Below are positions 42,623 to 55,199 of a DNA stretch of 64,000 bases, one piece after another (position 1 is the stretch's first letter; every line of letters begins with the position of its first letter). The position numbers and the translations under genes are program-made. The notes beneath the pieces were generated by a model. It was not told the DNA's origin and did not search any database. It saw only the letters and a program-made list of their open reading frames with translations. The stretch lies in NCBI RefSeq assembly GCF_009914755.1, contig NC_060925.1. One strand, 5' to 3'. This DNA comes from the human T2T-CHM13v2.0 reference genome, Homo sapiens.

Positions 42623-42975
42623 GGAGAGGGCAACCCTGTCCTGTGCTGGTTTTCAAGGGAATGCTTCCAGCTTTTGCTCATTCAGTATGATATTGGCTGT
42701 GGGTTTGTCATAAATGGCTCTTATTATTTTGAGGTATGTTCCTTCAATATTCAATTGAATATCAATATCAATTGAATATTCAATTGAATATCAATATCAA
42801 TTCAATATTCAATTGAATATCAATATCAATTCAATATTCAATTGAATATCAATATCAATTCAATATTCAATTGAATAGTATTATTCAATATCTAGTTTAT
42901 TAAGAACTTTTAATGTGAAAGGAGGTTGACTTTTATCAAAGGCCTTCTCTGAATCTGTCACGGTAACATGGTTTT
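42623..42975 (-). mobile_element. Internal L1P ORF2 (RT region) fragment without poly-A
   Basis: Matches 12815-13030 of the L1 in this window (GAGAGGGCA..AAGGGAATGCTTCCAG..CAAAGGCCTT). Confidence 0.88.
42743..42877. repeat. 29-bp AT-rich minisatellite, 4.6 copies, palindromic core
   Basis: Unit TT(C/G)AATATTCAATTGAATATCAATATCAA at 42743, 42772, 42801 and 42830, partial at 42859. Confidence 0.95.
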
Positions 42976-43851
42976 AAATTGCTTTTCTGTGTTGAATTGG
43001 ATTGATTATTTGCTCTAATTGTTATTACAGCTTTTCTGTGCTTGATTTAGATTTAAACTGTTCTTCTTTCATTAATTCTTAAGATAGAACCTTATGTTCA
43101 TGAATTAAGCTCTTTCATGTTTTCTAATATATGCATTCAGTGCTATAAATTTCCCTCTGATAACTGTTTTCAATGCATTTCACAAATTTTCACAATTTTA
43201 ACTTTATTTTAAAAATAAAACTCTGTATTTTAATTTAACTTAGTTCACAATATTTGTATTATTTAGAAGTGTGCTATTTCAAATGTTTGGTAATTTACCA
43301 TCTATCTTTAAATTATTGATTTTTAATTTAATTCCACAATGACTTCTCTTTTTCTAACTTGTTACAGTCTTTTTATAGTACACAGTATGGTTGATCTTGG
43401 TGAATGTTCTATGTGGTCATGAGAAGAATGTGTTTTCTGCTATTGAATGGGGTAGTCTATAATTGTCAATTAGATAAAGTTGATTGAGTGTTGTTTAGGT
43501 CAACTACATCTTTGTTGATTATCTACTCACTTGATCTGTCAATTACTGAGAGAGCAGTGCTCAGATCTTCAAATGATAATAGTGAATTTGTCTATTTCTC
43601 CTTTCAGTATTATTTTGATACTCTGTGAGGTGCATACATTTAGAACTATTATGTCTTTACAAATAGCCCATTATTCCTGATGATTTACCTAGTTGCTTCA
43701 GTTTCCTTTTGATTAATGTTAGCATGATACATCTCTCTTCATATATTTACCTTTAAACTGTTAAGAGTCTTTGTATTTAAAGTTGTATTTTTTTTTGTAG
43801 GCAGCATATATTTAGAAGTTTTAAAAAGTCCTCTCTGAAAATCTGTGTGTG

Positions 43852-44143
43852 TTTCTTTTCTCAGACAGAGTCTTGCTCTGACACCCAGGATAAAGAGTAC
43901 AGTGGCACAATCATGGCACACTGTAGCCCCAACCTCCTGGGCTAAAGCCTTCCTCCTGTCTCAATCTCCCAAGTAGCAGGGAGTACAGATGTGTGTCAAT
44001 GCACCCAGCTAACTTTTAATTTTTTGTGAAGATAAGGTCTTGCTACCTTGCCTAGGCTGGTCTCGAACCCCTGGCTCAAGCAATCTTCCTGCCTCAGCCT
44101 CCCAAAGTGCTGAGATTACAGGTGTGTTCTACCGCACGTAACC
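43852..44143 (-). mobile_element. AluJ SINE
   Basis: J-type ATCATGGCACACTGTAGCC and GGCTCAAGCAATCTTCCTGCC. Highly diverged. Confidence 0.9.
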
Positions 44144-44696
44144 AATCTATTTTAATTTTGTATTTCAATGATTCATATTTAAAGTGATTATTGAAACATT
44201 TTTATTACAATCTTATCTTTATAACTATTAACTGTCACATTTGTTATTTGTTTCTTTTCCTCCTCTTTTTCTGCCTTCTTTGGTTTTAATTGAACATTTT
44301 ACAGGATTGTATTTCATCTTCTCCCTACTGTGTTAATTATACTTCTTTTAAGAAATTTCAGTGTTTGTTGAAGAGTTTACAACATACTCTTAAATAATCT
44401 AAACTCACCTTCCAATAACTCTATACAACTTCATTTGTAGTGCAGATACAGGGTCACCCAAGTTTCTCTTCCCATCCCTTCTGAAATTGCATCATTCCTT
44501 TCACTTATCCATACGTTATAATTACCCAATATACTCTTGCTATTATTTCTTAACACAAAGAGTTAGTTATTGAAATCAATAATGAAAAAGAAAAAAATAT
44601 TATATCATCATATTGTCTTTCTCCAATTGTCTAGCTTTCTTTATACAGATAAATATTTTTGTCTGTATCATTTTCCCTCTTCCCCTGAGATTTTTT

Positions 44697-44961
44697 AAAA
44701 AAATTTATTTTATTTTATTTTATTTTAAGTTCTGGGATACAAGTGCAGGATGTGCAGGTTTGTTACATAGGTAAACATGTGCCATGGTGGTTTGATGCAC
44801 CTATCAACACATCAACTATGTATTAATCCCTGCATGCATTAGCTGTTTACCATGATGTTCTCCCTCCCACAACCCCTCCAAAAGGCCCCAGGTGTGTATT
44901 GATCCCCAGCCTGTGTTCGTGTATTCCCATTGTTCAGCTCCTACTTATAAGTGAAAACAAG
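44697..44961 (-). mobile_element. 5'-truncated L1PA (about PA8-PA11) 3' end
   Basis: (TTTTA)n tail and TTAAGTTCTGGGATACAAGTGCAG. TSD CCCTGAGA at 44683-90 and 44962-69. Confidence 0.9.
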
Positions 44962-45395
44962 CCCTGAGACTTTTTTTTTTTTTTTTAACATTTCTTGCAG
45001 GGTAATTCTGTTGTGGATAAATTCCCTCTGTTTTCTTTGAGAATTTCTGTGTGTTTAATTCACTTTTAAAAGATAGTTTTAATAAACAGAGAATTGTAGA
45101 TTGATGCATTTTTTCTTTTAGCATATTAAATATATCACTCTATCTTTTCCTGCTTGTATGGCTTCTGAGGAAATGTATACTTTAATTCTATAGGTAGAGT
45201 GACTCCCTTTCCCCTTTGATTTTAAGATTTTTGTTTTCTTTTTCTTTGCCTTTCCATTTGAAGATAATATGTTAGTGTTGTGTGCTTATTTGTTTGCTTT
45301 CTTTTGTTGTGCATTAAGTGGTTGTGGTGCTCACTGAATTTTCTGAATCTGTAGTTTGGTGTCAATCATTAATTTGGGAAGATCTTGGTCATTAT

Positions 45396-45857
45396 TGTGA
45401 GGAAACATTTTAAATTGTCCATTTTCAAGGCATGATAAATCTAAGTACTGGCAGCTAGGCTGCGGATGTTACAAACTGCACGGCTCACGCACCTAGAAGG
45501 TCACGATAAGTGAACAGAATGTAGAGGAGGGGTCAGCCCGTAAAAGGGAAGAAAGTTTTGTTATTGGGAAATAGAAACTTTAGTGGGGAAGGGGACTGGG
45601 CTATAACATTATCAGGGGGATAATGAAACTTAGGTAACGTCTGGGATGATTGTAACCCCATAGTACTCAACCAATGAGGAAGTGGGGGTAGGGACTTGCG
45701 TGGTAGGAGATAAATTACCTGTTGTAACTGCCCTGGGTGTGTTTGCCTATCAGACACTCGATCTTGAAAGACCACCATTAAAAGTCTCGCTTCCGCTGTT
45801 CTTTGTGTCTCTGAGTCCATTCTTTGGGTTTGGAAGGGTGAGTGTGTTTTTCTCACA
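45396..45857 (+). mobile_element. ERV1 solo LTR, probably LTR15
   Basis: TG..CA termini, 462 bp, with CCAAT and ATTAAA signals. Perfect TSD ATTAT at 45391-95 and 45858-62. Confidence 0.8.
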
Positions 45858-46123
45858 ATTATTACTACTATTTTTTTCTGGTATATTTTCTTTTTCTTTT
45901 CTCTCTGATATACCTAGTAGACATGTGTTAAGACTTTTCAAATGTCACACAATTTTTGGATGTTTTGCTTTTTTTTCTTTTTTTACATTCTCTTTACTCA
46001 TTTATTGCATTTCACTATGAGATGTTTCTATTGACTCATCTTCTACGTCACTGATTCAGGTATATTACTTTTTAAATTAGGGAGAAAAGAAGGTCGCTGG
46101 ACTAATCCAGTTGTTCAGTTTCT

Positions 46124-46415
46124 GTGTATAATATATTGACATCTGGAGCTTTGAAGACTAGGAAATGACTGCCCATCCCAAGGTTAGAAGATTCCTACAG
46201 ATAACAAAGGACTCTCTGTAGAATGTGTCTTCTGTATGAAAATTACGCAATTCAAAGACAAACCCCCCACCACCAGCCCCTGTTTTATGGTCTCTTACAC
46301 TTTTGAGACATTATTCGTCTGCCCTAATCACCCTGATATCAGGCCTCAGACAACTAGACGATGCCCTTACACCCTGGAATCCACTGTAATTATTCAAACT
46401 AGCCAATCCTAAAAC
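46124..46415 (+). mobile_element. ERVL LTR fragment (MER74/MER54 group)
   Basis: CCCTAATCACCC..CAGACAACTAG..ATTATTCAAACTAGCCAATCCTAAA. Confidence 0.6.
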
Positions 46416-49184
46416 ATATCACATCACTATTTCTCAGATTTAAAATTTTCTTCCTATTCTAACATTCTGAACATTCTGCTTTCTATCTTTATACAGCTGG
46501 TATTTTGGTATCATTATTTCCAAATTTCATAAACTTCATATGCAATATCTGATCTCCCAATCTGATTCTCTACAACATGCTACCAAACTAGTCACTATCA
46601 TTGCCTAACACATTTTTTAATGTTTTAAATGCTTTTCACAGCCCCTGTAATATATGAAATATTAACAGCTTGATTTTGTATTCTTTTATGTCCTTGTATC
46701 CCAGAAGGTAAACCTCAAGTCTGAAAGAAGTCAGTATGTATTATTTAGTTCTGTATTCACACCGTATTGCAGGTGTGCTCAATATACATTAGTAGAATTG
46801 ATTTATTTAGTTAATCAGGTCATTATACTGATAATAGCTAACATTTATGTCTACTATTAATCAGTTATTTTGCTAAACACAATATTGATTACCTCATCTA
46901 ACCCTTAGATTTCTAATTCAACTTCTATTTAGAGAGAATATGTGACTATTCATAATCATAAAAACGATGAATCTAGCTGGTTGCAAATACAGAATTTTTA
47001 TGTCTATAATGTACAGTCTCCTACTGTTTTTAACAACTCTCTTAGAAAATAGATTTAGATTATAATTCAGCACAGAAAAGTCATTGTGGGCCAACTATTA
47101 AAGAAAGAATTTTTTACTTTTATACAGAAAGCAATGTATTTTATCATGGAATAATTAAGGCAAATGATGTGATTTTGTAAAAAAGTGTCAAAAACAATAT
47201 ATCCTAATTAGGAAGATAGAAAATTCTCACTAATATTTTTAAATTCAATTATAAATGTTACTTAATTCATTTAATAAATCATTTTATTTTTATCCCAGTT
47301 TCTTCATATAAAATAGGATTGCTTCTGTTTATATCCTTACCTTATCTATTAAATCAATTAAAAATTATTCTAAAATATATCAAAGTTACGATTTTAGTAA
47401 CGATTGATTGTAATTATTGTAACCTAGTTCCTATCTAATTTATTTGTTTCTGTGAATATAGGGTTAATACGTATTTCACAAATTACCGAAAGTATTATTT
47501 TTGTTATACTACTTGAAACAAGATTAGATTCTTTAGAAAAGTTATACTTTGAATTTTTTAATGAAATCACAAGTAACTAAGTGAAATGCAGTGTAATTTT
47601 TTCATATCTTAATAATCTTAATAATAAAGACACAGAATTTTATAAAATATTAATCTAAAATATTTTAAAAACTCATATGTATGATTTATCAATAGGGCAA
47701 AAGACACTACTGATTATCTTATTTGCTAACACTTAAACTTACAATATGCTTAATTTTGCAATTTTATGACATGACAATTTTATGATAAATGGGAAAAATA
47801 AAATTTAAAAAGTATAAATAAAAATATTTTATTCACTTTTCTCACACTTGGATGTTGTAATAAAATTTAAAAAAAAGAAAGTTCAAAAATCTAGCATCTC
47901 TTATGAGGAACTATTGGTACTTGATTCCATATAAACAATATTTACAGTAATAAAATGCATAATTTTTATAATAATCATTACTAACTTTAGATAAAACACA
48001 AACTTCTTTTCAATTTCACTTTCAGATTTTGCTCTTTCAGGAACTTGTAAATGCTATTTACACTGAGGAGAAAATATAGAAAAATTAGGATGAGAATTGT
48101 TAAATATCTGAATATTTCTAAGCAGATGGCACCAGTGTAATGTTTTCTCACACTGACTTTCCATGTGTGCCTATTTCAGCTATTCTTTTAATCCATCACC
48201 CACAAACTCTTGCTAATATTTTCCATTCACCCATTATTAAGGCAGTTGTAATTTGCTTGTTCAATATTTTGACTCTGACAAAGAAGCTCCTCTTTGCTTA
48301 TGAAATTTAGTTCTCACATTGCTGCCACTAGTGTAATTCAGATTTTATCTGACAGAGTAAATGAGAAAATGTCACCCACACAAAAAAGAGTCTAACATAG
48401 TTTTATGAGGAACATGTTATATTTATAAGATAAGGGCATCAATTAATAATACAAGAAATTCAAACAAGTTAATTAGAATAAACTTTTTTTTCTATAAATA
48501 TGTATTCCTAATATTTTCTTAAGGCAGGCTTGTAATGAAAAGCATAATACAAACTATGCTATTTTTGTCCTATATATGCTTGGGATTTGTGTTTGATATA
48601 TACTATTGATTTTCTTGGAAGCATATAAATATATATACAAATATGTATGCATTTATATGTTTGTACATACACATACGTATTTCAAATTTGTACAAACACA
48701 CATACTTATTTTAAAAACAAACTTGCTAGTATGTCGAGCTTCTAAAACTTTTATTTTTCCTTCATAAGGGATAATGCCATTTGAGGTTCAACTTGCTTTA
48801 TTAATAATTTTCTTTGAAGGGAAATGAGAAACATTCACTTTCATGTGTAAATATAACAGAACACTAATTATTTTCAGTCCCTTGATCTTTTCAAAAGCTT
48901 AAATGGAAGAAAACTGTTGATTCATTGTTCTGTTCGTACAATGTTAAAATAGATTTTTAGACCAAATTGGATAGCTCTCTGGTATTGTTTAAACATTTTT
49001 TTTTTAATTTAAACACAATTGAGAGACTTGTAATCTGAAACTTTAAAGAGTATGAAAACATATCTGTGGCATATATTTTAACTAAGTAAATTAATTCTTT
49101 CCTCATTAAATTTGGATCTTTATCAATAATCTAACTGTAAAATAAATTGGCAATAAGAAATGAAAGTTTGACTAGTCTCACACA

Positions 49185-49703
49185 CCTAGGTAGTTATTGC
49201 TGTGTACCAATATTAACACAGAAGTAGTAACTAAAAACAGCACACATTTAGTAACTCACAATTTTCTGGATCAGAAATGTGACTACTTTAGGTTTCTCAC
49301 AAGGGTACAAATCAAGGTGTCAAAAAGGGGTGTGTCATCTGAGACTCATGCAGGAGATGATCTGCTTCTAAGCTCATGAAGATGTTGGCAGGAATCTGTC
49401 CCTGTTAAACTGATGTCCACTGGGGTGGAAAGAAGCGTCCTTCACCTTACTGAAACAAGGGTCTCTGTATGTGGCAGCTTACATTTTGGCAACCAGCAAG
49501 GAAGAGCATCAACAGAATTGGCTAGCAAGAAGTTACAGTCTTACATAATTTATTCTCAAAAGGGACATTCCATCACCTTTTCGTGTTTTTCTTTGGTAGG
49601 AAATAAATCACAAGCATCACCCACTATCCAAGAGAAGGAGATGAAGCCATGAATATCAGAATACAAAAATAACTAAGGGCAAATTTAGAGTCTTTCTACC
49701 ACA
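49185..49703 (-). mobile_element. MLT1 (E/F-like) LTR
   Basis: TTATTGCTGTGTA..CTCACAATTTTCTGG..GAGTCTTTCTACCACA end. Confidence 0.75.
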
Positions 49704-52422
49704 GTAACCCAGCTAACTCAGTTAAATCATTGCCAGAAAAGAAAAGCCTTAGATGAATCTAAGTAGAGAATTGCTTACAGACAATACCTCAGGAGACAGG
49801 GGGAAAAAATAGTAGCCATTTTCCTCCCCAGCTTTTCGCTTACATGAATACTTTTTCTGCTGATGTCTAACATTTTTGAATGGGAAAATAAATTTTATTA
49901 CTAATTAATTTCATTAATTGAAGAAATTTGTTCCAGATTAACAATGATCTTTTAAAGCTAATATTATACACTAAGTGCTGTTCTAACTGCTGGATATGCA
50001 ATGGTTAATAAAACAGAAAGAAATCATAAAAGTTAAAATATTCAAGACATTTGGATTAAAAGCATATTAATTATTTTGCTTAAGGTCTTTTATGTTAAAA
50101 GTAAATAACAGCTACTCATTTTATATAAAAAAACAGTTTTTGGACCCTTCCAGATAACATAATTGTCAGTAATGAAAGGGATAAGAAAATATTCTCTCAT
50201 TTTCTCCCACAGTAATTCCTTTTTCTCTCTAAACTGTGTTTTTGCTTATTATTATAAGCAAATAATAAACTCAGAACTTATTCGAGTTCTTATTATTCAT
50301 ACATTTTTGTCTCCTATAGTATGGTTGTCATGGCTATCGTGGCCCTGATTTTACCCCAGTATGTATGTACACTTAAATATATTTAATTGATAAATAATAG
50401 TATCTGAGGTCTTCTCGAAATATTGAAAATTAAAGACATAGTTTTCCTTCCATGTTATTTACATAAAGAGATAATTGAATTTTCTCAAGTACTTTTTCAG
50501 CATCCATTGATAGGATCATATGACACTTTACTCTTTAACCTACTGATAATATCAATTACACTGATTTACCAATCTTGCTTACCTGGAATAAATTCCCATT
50601 TGATTTGATGACTCATTTAGTTTTAAACATGGTAAAGAAAAATATATATTCAGTTAAATTCAGGTAATTGTAGCATCTATTACAATTTTAAATACAACTT
50701 TATAATGTTTTAGACAATCACTCTGATGTACCTCATTTAATATGTAGATGTTATACATCTGAAAATGCTGTTACCATCATTGAATTCCATTACTCGGATG
50801 AAACCTATTATGATCATTTACACATTTACAATATTTTTTGTAACATGTATTTACACATTCTGCATTTAAAGGACTAGAAGAAAATTATATAAATACTTTC
50901 TGTTCATATATTCTCTTAAATCCCAAACAAATAACAGCTGCTAGGTTGCTTCCTCTATACAGAATTACTTTACAAATTTTGTTTTGTTTTTGATATTTTC
51001 CCTTTACTTTGGGAGTAAGATATAATAGAAGACCATATAGAACATCCATTTTATTTGCTTTGATAATATTTACAATGTATTTCCTGTATTTATCAAGAAA
51101 CACACAATTCCCTACAGTTAAAGCCATTCAAACTAACAGTAGGAGTTCTTAGTGTTGATGGAGCTATTGATCATACAAACATTAAAATTATGTCTCCTGT
51201 AGCAAATGCCAGAGAAGGAGTTGTACGTTAATCAGAAAATCAATATACTTGTCAATAAAAAGGCAACATTTGACAGGATGATGTTGTCAGAAAACCTAGT
51301 GGCTGAGAACCAGAAGCTCAGCCACACAGCGAGTGACCTATTTATTTGACTTCAAGCTGCTCTCAAAGGATATAAGGAAATACTTAATGTAGCACCAAAA
51401 TGCAAGAAGCTGTGTATTCTCCTTTCATTTAATTTGCTCTACAAGGGTAAAGGCTAGCTCATTATTGCAGTCAACTTTAATTATTCAATTTCTAAAATAT
51501 TTACCTTGTTTTTCTGATTAGAATTCTAATTTTTTCAAACTGGCAGAATATTTATGATAAACATAAATACCTTTGAAAAACAAATTTCCTGCTTTCCCAC
51601 GAAGCCTGTACATTATTATTTTTAAAACTGCTATTTTTAGCAATATATATCTGATAATCTGTGTATTTAATTTGACTGAAAGTATTTTAGGCATATAGTT
51701 GAATTAAAGTATTTAAATAATTATGACATGCATTTCAAATGAAACAAAAAGATGATTACTATATCACAGATACCTCACATTTTTCTTTCTAAATTATTTT
51801 ATTCTAGGAAACCAAACTTCAGCTTACTCACTTTTAAGGAAATAAATATAAAATATGTTTTTTAAACTATTTGCAGATCGTTATTTGAAAATATTTTATT
51901 TTGCTTAATTTGTAGGCCAATTAGTAGCATCTTTATGAGTAATAATGGTCCAAATTATAATAGAAAGATTGTTCAAAGGGTGCTTTTGTTATAATGGAAG
52001 GCGTTCTATTAGAATGTGAAGAAAGGGAAACAACAAAAACAAAAACAAAAAAAAGCCTACAAATACAGAGTTAAGATCAGATTTCCTTTACGGTTTCCTA
52101 GAAACTCCAAGGGTCTATAATTGAAACTGTTAGTGGTATTAATTTTATTGTATTTATATATATAATTATATATGGTACAATAAATTATATATTTTATATA
52201 TATATATATATACGAAAAATACCCAATGACAACATTCAGTAGTTGTTTAAATTCTGAATTTCCAACAAGTAGTTAAAAGATAGCTAGCTGTAAGCTCACT
52301 TTTGCTAAAAACCTTGTTCCAGGTTTGTAGGGTTGTCCTTTCCCCTGCTTCTTAAGTACAACAGGTTACAATTAGTTGAGAATAGATCCAGGTTACATTG
52401 TTTCTTTAGAAAGTAGTCAGCT

Positions 52423-52751
<329 letters not shown>

Positions 52752-53388
52752 TTACAAATTATTGTTGTCCCATAATAAAAATAAACAAAATTTATATCAT
52801 ACAAAACATTAAAATTCTTAAATGATTTTCTTGAAGTGCAAAATAATAAATTTGTAAATAAAAGTCATAATTAATTGTAGACAAAATGAAAATTTTTTAA
52901 AATCCGTTCACCCACGACTTTTTGCACTACACACTGCAAAGTACTTGATTGGAGTTTTAATCCACCTACAGTAGGAAAATAGAAGAAAATTAAAGACTAT
53001 GAAACACTAGAATTGCCATTATTTTTTTAAAGTTATATTTTCTTGAAATTAAATTATTTAAGAAAATAACTCTACTAAGAAAAGCATTTCATGTGTTCAG
53101 AAAAATTTCTTAGATTATGTCTCTTCTCTTTTCAAATAAATGCTTCATAATTTAAAGATCACACATTAAGTACAACTCAAATTAGATAATGAAAATATGT
53201 TTTACTTAATTGCTATCAATTTAGAAAACCATATAGCAATTAGAATGCACATTTATATTACATTACATTTTTATAATATGTAATATGTGGTAAACACTCT
53301 TCAAAAAAATACTTTTGATGCTCTCAATTCTATAAGAAATTGCCAAAGTATATTCTGAAAAATATAATGCATAAAAAATCCCAGTAGT

Positions 53389-53716
53389 GGCCAGATGTGC
53401 TGGCTCATAGCTGTAATCCCAGCACTTTGGGAGGCCAAGGCAGGCAGATCACAAGGTCAGGAGTTTGAGACCAGCCCGGCCAGCATGGTGAAACTCCGTC
53501 TCTACTAAAAATACAAAAACTAGCCAGGTGTGGTCGTGGGCACCTGTTATCCCAGCTACTCGGGGAGGCTGAAGCAAGAGAATCGCTTGAACCCAGGAGG
53601 TGGAGGTTACAGTGAGCTGAGATGGCGCCATTGCACTCCAGTCTGGGTGACAGAGCGAGACTCCATCTCAAAAAAAAAAAAAAAAAAAAAAAAAGAAAAG
53701 AAAGAAAGAAAAGAAA
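53389..53716 (+). mobile_element. AluS (Sg-like) SINE
   Basis: Full dimer with a long A/(GAAA) tail. TSD AATCCCAGTAG. Confidence 0.94.
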
Positions 53717-54866
53717 ATAATCCCAGTAGCATTCGCTTTTAAGAGGAAATACTTAAACTTGAATATTTTCATATAATTGAAAAAACAATACTCTTGAAAT
53801 TTTAATCTTGTAATTTACTTGCTCTCTTTTTAGTTACGTGTAAAGTTTTTTTTAAAAATGATAGTTTTGCCCACCAATGGAATAATGGAAGAATATTGAG
53901 GTCATGAGAACGTTTTTTAACAGTAAGATAAAAATACATTTTTGTGTTAATAAATATGGCAAAAAGTGGGATATGCTGTATGTTTGAAGATAGGTAAAAA
54001 TAAAATAAACAGAAAAATATTTTCAAATAAATAAGTTAAAAATAGGTTAATGGTGAAGTCATTTGAACTCAATTATAAATTAGTTTTAATTTTACCTTAA
54101 GGGTAGAAAGAATAATTGGAATGTTAAATCTGCAAGGAAAAGCAACTTTGGAAAGCAAAATATTAATTATTTGGGAATTGTTTTCATTTAAATTATCGAT
54201 CTTATTGTTTTCTGAGATTAGCCTAGCTAATCAAACTGACAATAATTAGGTTTTTAAAAGTATATATTCTACATATATTAGTCTATTATTTCTGTCATGC
54301 ACAAAAGCTGTCATCAAATCATATAATACCAGCAAAGTTAGAATAATTCACTGTGTTAATTTTTTTGCCAAAGATTTTAACAGTTTAATTATTTTCTTTT
54401 TGGAAAATCTTTAATTCTCCTTCAAGCAATTCTAATTATATAAAATTTAAAGTTGATTTCATACATTGATTAATACCACAAGCAGTCAAATTCAACTGCT
54501 AAAAGAATCTATATTTCTAAGTCATTAAAATGTGTAATTCAATAGAGACTCATTTAAAAACCAAAGAGATCAGATCTTAATGTTCTGTTTAGAACAACAA
54601 TAGCAAATTATGCAAATATTGTTATTTCAAGTTATTTTTGCTCCCTTACAAAGCATTTTCTCTTGAAACTTAATTTTTCAAATATATGTGCATTACATTC
54701 AAATTTAAGGATGTCTGTTTATCATCTATATGATTATGGAGCTTGAAAGAAAATGCTGTTTACTTCCACTAAATGCGATGTGTCAGGATGCTGATCTTCA
54801 TATAGTTTATCTCACTCTCTGTGAATTAATTTGCATTACTAGGGCCTCTATTGTGCTAGGTATTTC

Positions 54867-54868
<2 letters not shown>

Positions 54869-54897
<29 letters not shown>

Positions 54898-55177
54898 CTG
54901 AGACCTAGTTTCATTCTTGTTGCCCAGGCTGGAGTGCAGTGGTGCATCCTGGCTCACGCAACCTCCACCACCCGGGTTCAAGCGATACTCCTTCCTCAGC
55001 CTCCCAAAGTGCTGGGATTACAAGCCTGTGTCACCACTCCTGACTAATTTTGTATTTTTAGTAGAGACGGGGTTTCTCTATGTTGGTCAGGCTGGTCTCA
55101 AACTCCTGAGCTTGTGATCCGCCCGCCTCAGCCTCCCAAAGTGCTGGGATTACAGACATGAGCCACTGTGCCCAGCT
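54869..55177 (-). mobile_element. AluS (Sp/Sq-like) SINE
   Basis: Antisense dimer. TSD GGTATTTCTT at 54859-68 and 55178-87. Confidence 0.94.
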
Positions 55178-55199
55178 GGTATTTCTTGATTACTCAACT

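Larger units (their letters stand above)
42976..46060 (-). mobile_element. Old L1M ORF1/endonuclease-region remnant hosting AluJ, L1PA and LTR insertions
   Basis: GTGCTATAAATTTCCCTCT, GAGAAGAATGTGTTTTCTGC and similar motifs. Confidence 0.75.

Noticed and set aside
42743-42877. CRISPR-like 29-bp palindromic repeats
   Set aside because: The units are head-to-tail with no unique spacers, there are no cas genes, and the context is primate.
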